Origin: Octopus bimaculoides | Taxonomy: Eukaryota | Length of the DNA: 64,000 bases | Assembly: GCF_001194135.2 (NCBI RefSeq) | Contig: NC_068989.1 | Coordinates: 90,528,092 to 90,592,091, forward strand | Reading direction: 5' to 3' | Part shown: positions 10,351-24,039 of the stretch, one piece after another | Layout of the letters: every line of letters starts with the position of its first letter | Position numbering within the stretch: position 1 is the stretch's first letter | Notes under the pieces: model-generated | What the model saw: only the letters and a program-made list of their open reading frames with translations | Database searches by the model: none | Told to the model about the DNA's origin: nothing | Position numbers and translations under genes: made by a program

Positions 10351-12381
10351 CAGAATCCAGGCCAGCATGACATGTACAAGCACCCAATGAGAAATGACTT
10401 GAATCGAAATGAACTATCCCAGCCCATTCCATCATGGAAATTAAGCACGAAGATGATGATGTGAATTGCCTCACCTTCATTGTCTCCCTTCAGAGGGATG
10501 TTTTCTGAGTCTGTTGTTTGTGAAATAACAGTTTCATTATGTGGACACAGATGGAGTTATCCTCTCCTAGTTACTTCCCTTGGCAGACTATTGCCTTAGT
10601 TGTTTGTGAATTACATCTTCCTCAAACTATAACAGTTACCGTATCTGTGACTCATTTTTGTGTCAATTACACGTGGCTTTGGTTCGCTAACGAAATGGTT
10701 ATATCATGGCACCAATATGAATTTCAAATTTTACCGAATTTCCAAAGCAGACATTGGTGCTCAGCACAGTTCTTTGTCTCCTTGGTTCCTGCCAATTGTC
10801 CAACCTATGGCAGCATGGAAGACTAACATTAAATGATGATGATGTCAATATATATTTGATAATATTATGCTTTTCATTTTGTGCTTGAAAGTAAAGATTA
10901 CTGAATGCATAAAACAGATTCAATATAATTTTATTTAACAAGTTCTACACATGCACAGAGCTGGCACCATGTTGTTCCATTTGTATACACCAGTGATTCT
11001 CAACCAGGGTCTATAAAACCCTTGGGGATCTATATAAGATTATTGATGTTATAATGTGATAATCTCCTTATTATAATCTCACCATTACTATTCTGCTACT
11101 CATCACTCTCTGGCTGCACTTGGTCACTCCCATCCTTTCTTCTAAAAGGTGAGTAGTCATGGAGCTCCTCTACAGCGAGAAACCTGTTCTGCTCTGGCTC
11201 TTTCTTTCAGATTTTTGCTCGTCATCTCCCAGCATAAAGTTACCCCTGGTGGTCATAGCTGCATTACAGTTTCTGTAGTGCTGGTGGCAAGAAAAAAGCA
11301 CTGAGTCCACACAGTGGAGTGGTTGGCGTTAGGAAGTGCAGCCAGCGACAGACGTTGCAGCACAACGCAGTCCTTAGGCCCATTGGATCCTGTCAGGCTG
11401 TGCAACCCGTGCCAGTATCAAACTGGACATTAAATGATGAGGGTGATGATGTCTGTCTGTGCTGCCTGTGTTCGTTTGTATCTATGCTTTACATTTATTT
11501 CCCAAGTTGTCTGCAACAACTAACAAGATGACTTCATTGGGCAGAAGATGAGATGTGTAGGGATTGCTTATATCATCACCATCATCAGAGAGACAAAAAG
11601 TAGAATCAATCTCGACACGATTTTAAATGTCTCTGTGTAAAGGGAGGTAATTGGACATTGCATAAGATTTAGTCCAGCAGTTTACTTCTTTTGTCACCCA
11701 CTGCGCCTCCCCCTGTCTACGCCACATCCTCCAACAACTCCCAGATACTTCTAAATAAAAAGAATAAGAAAAACTTATAATTTCCCAAGTGCAGAAGTAT
11801 AAATCTTAGTCAAGTGCAACCCCCCCAATCACTGACAGTTAATCAGCAAAGACGCCCACCCTTTGAAGGTCCATGCAAAATTGTGACCTTTTTATGATGC
11901 ATGCTTGTGTGCGCACACACACACACACGCACACACACTGTGTGGGCTTCCCCAACTTAGTCTTAGTTGATACCTCAGAGTAGGACTGCTCATCTGCTTA
12001 TGGGGTAGGGACCACTGCAAGGTGCCCCCTGTCAACAAACGCAGTACTGGTGCCCCGGGGTGGCTGGCTCTGATTGTCCAGCTGTTGGTGGATGCCACAG
12101 GATGGTTCTGTCTAATTAGTTTCAGGGAGGTATTACAGGGCAGCTCTAATTGTAAGTAAGGTAACTTTGAGGAACAAATTGGAGCAATGCCGTTGTAGAC
12201 ATTGAGATGTCATATAGAATGTCTTTATCCTAATCTAATTGTCTTGTTTTGAATGGTATTTAAAGAGGGATTAAGGGCCTGAGGAGATTTAGCATAATCC
12301 CTTGATGTATGTGTTTTCTATGTTGCTGTTGTTGCTTAACCCATCTCTGCTCTGATTCATCATCCCATCTTTTCGTAGTTT

Positions 12382-12658
12382 ATCATCATCATCATCATCG
12401 TTTAACGTCCGTTTCCATGCTGGCATGGGTTGGACGGTTTGACTGGGGTCTGGGAAGCCAGGAGGCTGCACCAGGATCCAGTCTGATCTGGCAGTGTTTC
12501 TACAGCTGGATGCCCTTCCTAACGCCAACCACTCCAAGAGTGTAGTGGGCACTTTTTTTATGTGCCACCGGCACAGGGCCAGAGAGGCCTCACATTGACC
12601 ACAATTGGATGGTGCGTTTTACGTGCCACCGGCACAAAAACCAGTCAAAGCAGTGCTG
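12382..12658 (-). mobile_element. RTE-LINE 3'UTR copy
   Basis: atcatcatcgtttaacgtccgtttccatgctggcatgggttggacg...ggatgcccttcctaacgccaaccactcc. Confidence 0.85.
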
Positions 12659-12927
12659 GGCTCTAATATGTCCTTCTCTAATTTACACTGTGATTTGGCT
12701 GCTATTTCAAGCAAGTCAAATGGCCACATTGAGGCTATATTCTTGTTTGATCTGTTGAATGTTATTTTTGTGCTGTAGTTGGGGTTTGGCTTAGCCTTAC
12801 CTTGAAAACCTTTTGTTACCTGGCAGATTGCTTCAGTTATGTTCCCACTATGTTTAGTTCTTCATCTCCTTACTTGGGGTTGAGCTAAAGGGAAAAAAGC
12901 TAAACAAAACAAAAATAAAACATACAT

Positions 12928-13423
12928 GTAGCCTATACCAGTGTCGCATAACCAGCCCATTTAAAAAGTACCTTTGAATCATCGGGCGACATACCGTGCT
13001 TGAGGAGACCTGTTGAGTCGAGTAAAATCAAAAATCAAAAATCAAGTCATAATCAAAACTGGAAATTGTAGTTGTGGTCGACGCCAGTGCCATCTGACTG
13101 GCTCTCGTGCTGGTGGCACACAATAAGCACCATTCATGTGTGGGTCATTGCCAGTGTTGCCTGACAGGCTCCCTGTGCCAGTAGCATGTAAAAAGCACCA
13201 TCCAAACGTGGCCAGTGCTGCCTGACTGGCTCTCCATGCTGGTGGCATGTAAAATGCACCCACTACACTCTCGGAGTGGTTGGCATTAGGAAGGGCATCC
13301 AGCTGTAGAAACCTTGCCAGATCAGATTGGAGCCTGGTGCAGCCACCTAGCTTGCCAGTCCCCAGTCAAACTGTCTAACCCATGCCAGCATGGAAAATGG
13401 ACATTAAACGATGATGATGATGA
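12928..13423 (+). mobile_element. RTE-LINE 3'UTR copy with three tandem units
   Basis: Colinear with 6900-7348 from ccagtgtcgcataaccagccc to ggacattaaacgatgatgatga. Confidence 0.85.
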
Positions 13424-14119
13424 CATGGAAGATATCGAAGGCATCAAAGAATACTTACCGTAACAATAATGTCGAATGTCCAAATGTTGAGGTGAAAAAG
13501 AAAGAAAGAAAAATAATTTTATTTCTGTAAAATGTTTGTTAAGTCCTAAGAAGGTTTCTTGTCATGGAACTGGTGCTAAGCTGCTCTGATTTCTTGAACT
13601 TAAATGGAAGAAAGATAAGGTGCAGGTGTGGGCGTGTAGTAAGAAGTCTGCTCCTCAATCACATGGATGTGGGTTCAGTCCCAAGAACTCCAATGCATCA
13701 TCTGGTTTGGGAATCAAAACCCTGACAGTATGATTGCAAAACATGACACACCTTTACAAGGGACAAAACAGAACTGATGGTGTGGATCAGTGTTGTGGCT
13801 GTAGTAGAAGACACTTGCTTAAAGTGCCACACAGTGACACTGAATCTGAAGCCACGTGGTTGGAAAACAAGCTTCTTATCATACAGCCACATCCCGTAAT
13901 CTGCTCAAAAACTGTCCCAAAAATGTGGTCCATTGTTTAATATCTTCTTCAGTGTTCTGTTTGCTTACACTCTGCTCTCCTGTTTTTCATGTCTGTGCTT
14001 GTCTCTTTTCTCTGCCTACAAAAGATAGTGGGACAAATAAAGACACTGTTTAAAATTCCAGTTAGAAAAAGATATACCTTTAATTAATTTACCTGTATCT
14101 TGTTAAGATTGGCATCCAT

Positions 14120-14410
14120 GTGTGTGCACATAAATTCTTGCATAGATTGGACGAACCCTCTCCATTGTGTTATCTCACCACTTGTTTCAGTTTCCTTGGA
14201 TTGGTCTTCCCTACATCTTCCCATGTCTTCCCTGGTCTTCTTCTGGCATTTAATCTTTCCACACAAATTCTGCTGGTATTTCTTCACCCACCCATCCTCC
14301 TCCTTACCCATCACATGTCTCTCCCAGCACAGTCATCACTCTTGTACTCCACAGCTACATTGGAGAGGGTTCATCCAATCTATGGTGCCAAAATGGTTTT
14401 GCGAAAGCGT
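14120..14410 (-). mobile_element. Degenerate RTE ORF C-terminus and tail
   Basis: Minus strand GHVMGKEEDGWVKK...RRRPGKTWEDVGK, then cgtccaatctatgcaag (RTE tail variant). Confidence 0.6.
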
Positions 14411-14754
14411 CTCATACTGAACAATCTGTTCTTTTCTCGGAGAGAGAGAGAGAGAGAATCCCTTTGCTGCCAACAGAAGTAATAGCTCCCTGAACTTTCC
14501 TCCTCTGTATTCTGATTTTTCCCCCCTATTCTTTCTGTATGCCCTCCCTCACTGCTGAATAGGTTGCTAAAATGCCAGAAACTCTCACCTATTTTTATGG
14601 GTCCTTCTCATCATCATCTGGTTCCTTAGGTCTGTCCTTAGCCTCAGGCCTCAAATGTTCAGAGCTTAAACTGCTTGCCATGGCACGTAAGTGATAGAAT
14701 GTGACGCTGCTCCATTGCAGGTTTGACTTTTGATGTAATTCCTGGAAGTCATAA

Positions 14755-14890
14755 AAAGCTGAATGCACTGGAGCAACAAGCAACAGAAAATGAAGTGTCT
14801 TGCTCAAGAACACAACACATCGCCTGGTCCAGTAATTGAAACATTAATCTTCGGGTTGTGAGTGCAACATCCTAACCACTAAGCCATGAC
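14755..14890 (-). mobile_element. Family D SINE head with CORE-like block
   Basis: Reverse complement reads ggcttagtggttaggatg...gtgttgtgttcttgagcaagacacttcatttt. Confidence 0.6.
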
Positions 14891-15137
14891 CCTACCTTCA
14901 CATTGCAAAGCGCTTATTTTGCTGGGTATCTGAGAGCTCCTTCTCTTGTACAACTGCCACATGTGATGTCTTTATTCACGTGTAAAGCAATCACATGGCC
15001 TACTTTCAATTTCTGTCTTTCTTATCCATTCTCAAAAGCTTTGCTTGACCTGGGGCTATATTAGAAGACATTTGCCCAATCTATGGCAGAATGGGATTGA
15101 ACTTGAAACCTTGTGGTTGCAAAGCGAACTTCTCAAC

Positions 15138-15181
<44 letters not shown>

Positions 15182-15454
15182 TGCCATCAGTTTGTTGTCA
15201 GTTGTGTTTTGCTGACCTGTTGCCATGCGTTACACCTTCAGCCTTATACGTTCATTTGTATCAGTCTTCCTCTCTCTCTGTGTGTGTGTGTGTGTGGAGG
15301 ACTTAGCCCTCTCCCCCTCTCTTTCGACTTGGATAACTGTCTTTGTCTGCCTGCCTGCCTGCCTGTCCTTCTGGCTCTATTTCTCTCACTTTCTCTCTTC
15401 TTCCCTCCATCTCTCTCTCTCTCTCTATATATCCTACTCCCTCTTTGACTGCCT

Positions 15455-15510
<56 letters not shown>

Positions 15511-15536
15511 ATATGTATGTATATATACCCTTCTAC

Positions 15537-15570
<34 letters not shown>

Positions 15571-15667
15571 CTGCTCATGTGCCTCTTTATCCTTGTCTGT
15601 TTGTCTGTCTGCCTGTCTGTCATCAGCTTTTCCAAGAAACAAGGGATGTACACACACACACACACGC

Positions 15668-15703
<36 letters not shown>

Positions 15704-16077
15704 ACATGTAATTGATCAAAGGGGCAGGGGTGTGTGTGTGTTGTAGTATTTTCTTTGTTATTGTCACTATCACTTTCCTACTTAACACAACTTGACGTGC
15801 GTATGTGTGTATATATTATGTATGTATGTGTATACATGTATGTATGTATGTATATTCTGCATAACTAATCTATTCATATTGTCTTCTAAACTTTACATTT
15901 ATTGAGCTGACATGAAAAATACATCATTATGATATTTTGAGATATATATGTGTGTGTGTGTGTAAATGTATGTGTGTGTGTGTGTGTGTGTATTATATGA
16001 AATAAACTATGATTATGTAAGTTAACCAGCTGTGCCTCATCTAATCCATTCTCTGCACAGTTTCTTAGATTATACAT

Positions 16078-16114
<37 letters not shown>

Positions 16115-16215
16115 AATGTATACATTCATCAGTTATATACATATATATATATATCTATGTATGTATGTATGTATGTGTATGTACGTGTGTATGTGTATAT
16201 ACATTTGTATGTATG

Positions 16216-16296
<81 letters not shown>

Positions 16297-17127
16297 GTAT
16301 GTATATATGTATGTGTATGTATATATATATATATATGTATGTGTATGTATATATATATATATATGTATGTGTATGTATATATGTATGTATATATGTATGT
16401 ATATGTATATATGTATGTATATATGTATGTGCGTGTGTATGTATATAAAAATGTGTGAATGTGTATGTATGTATGTATAAGTATATGTGTGTGTGTATAT
16501 ATATATTATGTATATATAAGAATGTGTGTGTGTGTGTGTACTTGTGAATATAGATATATATTTATGTAGATATCTAAAATGGAAACAAAAGCACAAACAG
16601 ACAGGCAACAAGTCTTAAGTTAGTTTGGAAAGTGCTCACAATTATATAACGTATTAGAGAGAAATGCAAATGCAAATTGAAGCAAAATATATAAGTAGGA
16701 GGAAGTCATATACACAAGCACAAACATACATGCATAAGCGTGTATACACCAGCATTACATTGACATTGACACAGAAAAGTAAAAGAAAACAAAGAGCCTC
16801 TCCCACTTTGCACACCCCTCCTCTCTTGCAACAACCGTAGTTGAGACAGTTTGCTGTGTATTGTAAAGAAGCAGCAGTGGGGTTTTTACTGTCAGGCCAG
16901 AGCGGAGCAGAGCCAGGTAAACATTTGTATGCGTACGTGTATGTATGTGTGTATGTATGTGTGTTTGTGTCTGTCTATCTCTCTGTCTGTCTCTCTCTCT
17001 CTCTCTCTATCTATCTATACACACACATACACAAACATATATACATGCATAAACACAAATGGGATTGTGTAGTATATATGTATATGGAGCATGTGTGTCA
17101 TCTTTTATCCTTTGTGTTTCACTCGTT

Positions 17128-17249
17128 AGACTGGCCATGCTGGGGCACCACATTGATAAATTTTTGTCAAATGAATCGACGCCAGTCTTTTTGCTGGACT
17201 GTTAAGTTGTGGGGATGTAAACAAACTAATACCAGTTATCAAGCAGCAG

Positions 17250-17297
<48 letters not shown>

Positions 17298-17455
17298 TGT
17301 GCTTCTTTCAGTTTTTTTCTACCAAATCCATTCACAAGGCCTTGGTTGTCCAGAGGCTATTGTAGAAGACACTTGCCGAAGGTGCCATGCAGTGGGACTG
17401 AACCCAGAACCATGTAGTTGGGAAGCAGTGTTCTTACAAAACAACTATGCCTGTA
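17128..17455 (-). mobile_element. Family A SINE, internal (CA)n
   Basis: ggccatgctggggcacc...cttctttcagt...ctaccaaatccattcacaaggc...agtgggactgaaccc. Confidence 0.75.
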
Positions 17456-17689
17456 CACGTACACACTCACACGTGTTCATTTGTCCCTTGTTTTGTGAAA
17501 TTCAGCATTCTGAGATCCACCTCTTCTACCCATGTTTCCCCAGATATTCCGACACTTTGCTTCGCCTCTCTATGATAACGAATAATGAACTCAGAAAAAG
17601 TAACGAACAATACAGAGCATAATGTACAGGAAGTGAATAGAGATTGAGCCCTAAAAAAAAAAAAAAGAAATAAGAAATTAATAAAAACG

Positions 17690-17766
17690 GGTAGGGTGTA
17701 CTGTTGTTGAATTTCAGGAAGCATGGAAGTTTTGAAAGATGGACTGCCCTGACAACTAACAACTGT
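17690..17766 (-). mobile_element. CR1-like LINE 3' fragment
   Basis: Same sequence as 54640-54715; encodes [22 protein letters not shown]. Confidence 0.7.
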
Positions 17767-17930
17767 TGTGTGTGTGTGTATGTATATATATATATATATG
17801 TGTGTGTCTGTGTATATATGTGTGTGTGTGTCTGTGTATATATGTGTGTATATTTGTGTATACATATGTGTGTCTATATATCTTGATATATGTATATATA
17901 TTTGTGTGTGTGTGTATATATATGTGTATA

Positions 17931-17983
<53 letters not shown>

Positions 17984-18796
17984 NNNNNNNNNNNNNNNNN
18001 NNNNNNNNNNNNNNNNNNNNNNNNNNNNNNNNNNNNNNNNNNNNNNNNNNNNNNNNNNNNNNNNNNNNNNNNNNNNNNNNNNNNNNNNNNNNNNNNNNNN
18101 NNNNNNNNNNNNNNNNNNNNNNNNNNNNNNNNNNNNNNNNNNNNNNNNNNNNNNNNNNNNNNNNNNNNNNNNNNNNNNNNTGTGTATATATGTGTGTGTG
18201 TGTGTATATATGTATGTGTGTGTGTGTATATATGTATGTGTGTGTGTGTGTATATATGTATGTGTGTGTGTGTGTATATATGTATGTGTGTGTGTGTATA
18301 TATGTGTGTATATATGTGTGTATATGTGTGTGTATATGTGTGTATATATATGTGTGTGTGTGTGTATATATGTGTGTATGTGTCAGATAGAGTGTGTGTG
18401 TGTGTGTGTGTATGTATATATTATCATTTATATATACACACACACACACACACACGCAGACATGTATGTGTGTGTATCACCTAACACAGATGTATATGTT
18501 ATGTGAGAGTGTGTAAGGATTTACCTGTACTGTAATAGCATGGGGTGGCTTATTGATGGATCAGGCTTAAGGATCTAATTACACACGGATAATGATACAA
18601 GTGTGGGTGTGTGCGTTTGTGTGTGTGTGCCAAAACAGACATAAAACGTGAGTGGCTCCTGTCAAACCGTCCCACCCATGCCAGCACGGAAAATGGTCAT
18701 CAAATGATGATGATGGTGACGATGATGATGAGATATGTGTGTATGCATCACACATAAATATACACACACACACAGACACCCACATTGCTGGCAATA

Positions 18797-18842
<46 letters not shown>

Positions 18843-19085
18843 ATATANNNNNNNNNNNNNNNNNNNNNNNNNNNNNNNNNNNNNNNNNNNNNNNNNNNNN
18901 NNNNNNNNNNNNNNNNNNNNNNNNNNNNNNNNNNNNNNNNNNNNNNNNNNNNNNNNNNNNNNNNNNNNNNNNNNNNNNNNNNNNNNNNNNNNNNNNNNNN
19001 NNNNNNNNNNNNNNNNNNNNNNNNNNNNNNNNNNNNNNNNNNNNNNNNNNNNNNNNNNNNNNNNNNNNNNNNNNNNNNNNNNNNN

Positions 19086-19138
<53 letters not shown>

Positions 19139-19268
19139 TGTAAGCATGCATATACATCCCCGTGTATAAATACTTATATATCCCCCTTGTATGTTGAAAA
19201 TATATATACCCATGTGTACATACATACATGGACATACACATGCACCTTGGCTCATACACACTCTAGAA

Positions 19269-19304
<36 letters not shown>

Positions 19305-19700
19305 TCACTTTCACTTTTATATGCCACACTATTCTATAGTCAATGACACAAGCGAAAGAAAAGAGTAACAACAAAAACAATGAATAAATAAACAAAACAA
19401 GCAAACAAAAGCCCAGCTAATTAAGTACGGAATAAAAAAATCAATCAGAACCAAAATAATTACAAAACATTTTAAAACCTATCAGTGACTCATTATAATA
19501 CTTTATCATTTTTCTGGTTCGTTACCACTGTCCGTTTATTTATAGGTACGTACATTATTTTGACTCTTGTTGGCCCTGGAGGGGGTACTTTCTATAGAGG
19601 TCTCGGTGAGTTTATCTTTTCCCTCCCTTGTTACTTCTTTCTACAAATGATGCTGAATCTGGTCGGAAACTTTGTTGCTTTTAACTCCATCTCCATACAT

Positions 19701-19733
<33 letters not shown>

Positions 19734-20003
19734 CAAAAGATATATGAGTATATGCATATATATGTACATGTATGTACATACCTTCATCTACATGTATATA
19801 TAGATGTATATCTGGGTACATGACGTTGCAAAAAAACATGGACAAAATGATAAACTAGGTACAAAAAACACACAGGCCACATAAAGAACATTTCCGTCAT
19901 CAGCTGCCACCATTATAACACTGGCGTGTTTCATGTATGTAACTTTAAAAGAGCACCCCCGCCCCCCCGGCTTTCCATATTTGTGTGTGTGTCTGTGTGT
20001 GTG

Positions 20004-20195
20004 ATCATCATTCAACGTCTGTTTTCCATGCTGGCATGGGTTTGACGGTTTGACAGGAGGGGACAAGGCTGGAGGGCTGCACCAGGCTTCAGTCGTCTGC
20101 TTTGGAATGGTTTCTACAGCTGGATGCCCCTTCCTAATGTCAACCCCTTTACAGAGTGTGGACTGGATACTTTCTTCGTGGCACCAGCATGGACG
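20004..20195 (-). mobile_element. RTE-tail element, subtype R3
   Basis: atcatcattcaacgtctgttttccatgctggcatggg...tttctacagctggatgccccttcctaatg. Confidence 0.75.
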
Positions 20196-20302
20196 CATTT
20201 GTATGACACAATCACAGGCACTCTTGTGTGGCACTGGCATGAGAACTTCTATGTCGTGCTGGTTATACACACACATATCTACATGTATCTATTTTATCTG
20301 TC

Positions 20303-20342
<40 letters not shown>

Positions 20343-20510
20343 ACTGGCTCCTTCTAGTTTCTGTCTCACCGAATCGAAGACAAACCTGTTCTCTCCTTCA
20401 TGCTGTTGTCTACTGCTGCAGTGTTGCCATTAGCCTCGCTCACTTGACCTTTTCAAACCTGGCCTCTACACTATGTTCACCTTTGGACATAAAGGCAAAA
20501 CAGCTGATGG

Positions 20511-20792
20511 TCATCATCACTATTCAACATCTGTTTTTCCATGCTGGCATGGGTTGCACATTCAACAGGGGCTGGCGAGCTAGGGGTCTGCACCAAGCTC
20601 CAATATCTGCTTTGGTGTAGTTTCTACAGCTGGATGCCCTTCCTAATGCCAACCACTTTACAGAGTGTGGACTGGGTGGATTTTATATGGCACCAGCACC
20701 AGTGAGGTCACCAAATAACTTGCAAGACAAGACCCCCTCAACTATTGGGTGAGGGTCATTATTAAGGGAGCTGGCTTTGTGCCTTATGATAA
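20511..20792 (-). mobile_element. RTE-tail element, subtype R3 with a longer 5' part
   Basis: Tail plus ggatgcccttcctaatgccaaccactttacagagtg, plus a gacaagacccctcaa block shared with 7790-8050. Confidence 0.75.
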
Positions 20793-21319
20793 GAGGGTAA
20801 CTAAAAAATGGATTTTATTTTTTTATGATGTACCGGTGGTATATTTGGATGTGAAGCCATATCTGTCCTTGTACAGTGGTACATTGGTTGGAAGCTGAAC
20901 CAGTTTACGGCACAATTATGAATCTCTTGTACCAGTGATACCCTGATCCTAAGTTGAATTATCTAACCATTTGACTCTGTCCCCCCCCCACCACCATTTC
21001 GCCACTTCTTAAGTTAGTTCTGTTCAAGTCAGCTGACCACATGGCTATGGCTATCTTTCCCTGCCTCTTCAATTACAATATTGACCTAGCATCTGGTCAA
21101 AAGAAAATCATTAACTATAGATTTGTCTCCTCATTAATAGCTTCTCTCCTCTTCCCTCTCCTCCCTCAGTGTCTCTTTGCCTTCCTTCTTCACTCTCCCT
21201 CCTCCCACTTGCTCTCAATGGGAAGCTTCAGTTACAAACTTGCTTAACGACCTGCCTATATTGTAATAATCGCTCCAGCTGTAATTACCAAGATGAACCA
21301 AGCTGACAAGGAAGCTTCT

Positions 21320-21502
21320 ACCGAGTCACTCTACCTGCTAGAAATAGCAACCACATCTCACTCGAGTAACACCTTGTTGTCTTAAAGGACACTGACTGAT
21401 GTAGCCCTGAGTTTTTTTTCTACGTCAGTAAAAGGCAGGATGGTCACAGCTGGAGCACCTGTGATCATTGATCAATATGATCACAGCAGACCTGGGGCTG
21501 TA
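21320..21502 (+). mobile_element. Family F dispersed repeat (ctagaaatagcagccaaat...gacctggggct)
   Basis: Related copies at 27090-27315 (+, ends in (AAC)n), 53945-54125 (+) and 60645-60840 (-). Confidence 0.6.
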
Positions 21503-21561
21503 CTTATTGACAATGTCTAATTTGATTATTATTGTTTTTGCTGTTATTGTATTTTTTAGTT

Positions 21562-21610
<49 letters not shown>

Positions 21611-22058
21611 AGAGAGAGAGAAATTTTGTGTGTGTGTGTGTGTGTGAGTATTTTTGTGTTTGTGTATGTTTGTACTGACACCTGTTACGAACACCACTAC
21701 CATCGCCACCACAACCATTACCACCATCACCATCATCACACTGTCACTTATGGCTAACAGTTGTCACCACCACCACCACCACCACCATCATCATCAGCAT
21801 TGCTATTATCTTTGCCCATCTCTCCTGTTTAATTTTTATTTAGGTGAATGCTTAGCAGATCATATTTGTGTGTGTATATAAAACACATCCAGGTGTTTGT
21901 GTATGTATATATACATATATATGTGTGTATGTATGTATGTATAACTGTTACATAAAATGTGTTACTGTGTCAATGTATCGATGTAATTCTGTACTGAGTG
22001 TGTGTGGATGTTTGAAGATGTGTGTGTTTCTAATAAAAATTAAGTCTTCCATGTGTGT

Positions 22059-22089
<31 letters not shown>

Positions 22090-22360
22090 GATATATTAAT
22101 CGATGAAACGATTCGGTGGTGGCTGTGGCTGAGAGCATTAAAGCCTAGTTTGTCCAGAAGAACACACACACACACATATTATATAGTTGTCATCCAGTGC
22201 TGCTGTTAGACCTCAACCTTGTTAAAGTGCAGGGGTCGGTCTATTGTGATTGTGGTTGCCGTATCCTTGACACTCAGTGCACTGCTGTTGCTCCTCCTTG
22301 TCGTATGTGAGTTGAAATGCTGTTGGCCCTTTTAACATTGCTTCATCTTTTTCTATTTAT

Positions 22361-22764
22361 TACTCTTTACTCTTTTACTTGTTTAAGTCATTTGACTGCG
22401 GCCATGCTGGAGCACCGCCTTTAGTCGAGCAAATTTACCCCAGGACTTATTCCTTGGAAGCCTAGTACTTATTCTATCGGTCTCTTTTGCCGAAATGCTA
22501 GGTTACGGGGACGTAAACACACCAGCATCGGTTGTCAAGCAAAATTGGGGGACAAACACAGACACACAAACACACACATATATATACATATACATATATG
22601 CGATGGGCTTCTTTCAGTTTCTGTCTACCAAATCCACTCACAAGGCTTTGGTCAGCCCAAGGCTATAGTAGAAGACACTTGCCCAAGGTGCCACGCAGTG
22701 GGACTGAACCCGGAACCATGTGGTTGGTAAGCAAGCTACTTACCACACAGCCACTCCTGCGCCT
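22361..22764 (-). mobile_element. Family A SINE, full length and relatively young
   Basis: Intact head aggcgcaggagtggctgtgtggtaag...gggttcagtcccactgcgtggcaccttgggcaagtg (reverse complement), retained CpGs and a tandem ttactct tail. Confidence 0.9.
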
Positions 22765-23345
22765 ACATGTATGTATGTATATTTTCTGTGAAAAGCATGT
22801 CAAACTATGGGGAAAATATTACTTTGCTTAGTAACAGGCAAAGGTTAGTGGCAAGAAGGGCATCCAACAGCAGAAAATTACTTCAATAAATTTGGTTTGA
22901 CCCATGCAATTATGAAAAAGTGGAGGTTAAATGACGATGTGTGTGTGTGTGTGTGTGTGTATTTATGTGTGTGTCTCTATTTAATGGATGTGTGTGTTTT
23001 ATGTCAGACCCATGTTTTTTTTTTAATGCATGTATCAGGCAGGATACATTCCTATGAAGATATAATAACAATGCTTTACGACAAACGTGTATTGAGTATA
23101 TTAACACTTCCCCCCTATCACTCCACCACCACCACCACCACCACCACCGCACAGACACACAGATGTATCAGTGTATTTTGTGCTGGATACATGAATAATG
23201 ATTAATAAATGTGGCCAACTTATGAGAAAGTAATAAGCTTCTTACAGATGTATTTATATACATTAGCGTCAAGGCTAGACTGGCTTTCTCATTATTCTAC
23301 AACATTTATTAATCACGTCTATCTGTGTACACATGTGTACGTGAC

Positions 23346-23751
23346 CATCATCGTCATCATTTTCATCATCATCATCGTATAATGTTTGCTTTCCATGCTG
23401 GCATGGGTTGGACGGTTTGACTAAGGACTGGCAAGCCAGAAGGCTGCACCAGGCTCCAATTTGATCTGGCAAGGTTTCTACGGCCGGATGCCCTTCCTAA
23501 CGCCAACCACTCCAAGTGTGTAGTGGGTGCTTTGTACATGTCACCGGCACAGGGGGCCAGTCAGGTGGCACTGGCATTGACCACGTTTGAATGGTGCTTT
23601 TTACGTGCCACTGACACAGTGGTCAGCTGGTCAGGGGGACTGGCATCGACCATATTTGGATGGTGCTTTTTATGTGCGACCGGTACGGGGGGGGGGCAGT
23701 CAGGTGTCAATGGCATCGACCACATTCGCATGGTGCCTTTTCCATGCCACT
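23346..23751 (-). mobile_element. RTE-LINE 3'UTR copy with about four degenerate units
   Basis: Tail, ggatgcccttcctaacgccaaccactcc and repeated ggtgctttt...gtgcc units. Confidence 0.8.
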
Positions 23752-24039
23752 GATGATGATGATGATGATGAGTGGTTCTCATGACCCTTGGGAGTCCATA
23801 TAAGATTTTCTTGTTAAAAATTGCATGCAATAAACTTTTACAATACATGTGTCGCATGGTCGATGCCAGTGCCGCCTGGCTGGCTCCTGTGCCAGTGGCA
23901 TGTAAAAGGGTTGGTCACAAGAAGAGCATCCAGCCAAAGTAGAAAATCTGCCTCGACAGAATTCCTCTTCTGACTCATGCAAACGTGGATAAGTGGCTGT
24001 AGAATGATGTATGCGCATGGTGAAGGTTTGTTGTCTAGT

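Larger units (their letters stand above)
15880..19320. repeat. Very large compound (TA)/(TG)/(TATG)/(CA) microsatellite fields with two assembly gaps
   Basis: Direct inspection. N-runs at 17984-18180 and 18848-19085 fall inside the arrays. Confidence 0.9.

Noticed and set aside
16841-16916. Possible exon (tag|TTG...CAG|gtaaac)
   Set aside because: 76 nt would shift the frame between the phase-0 exons, and the peptide is not coiled-coil-like.
15113-19339. Many long ORFs of YIYI/CVCV/HTHT composition (also elsewhere in the window)
   Set aside because: They are translations of dinucleotide microsatellites and N-gaps.
19546-19605. 60-nt AG...GTGAGT bounded segment
   Set aside because: It has a stop at codon 6 in phase 0 and no other support; a poison exon cannot be excluded without RNA data.
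19860-19935. Minus-strand CUGAUGA near a GAAAC hairpin (similar case at 47195-47245)
   Set aside because: Stems I and II cannot be closed and GAAA is misplaced or mutated; these cannot be called hammerheads.
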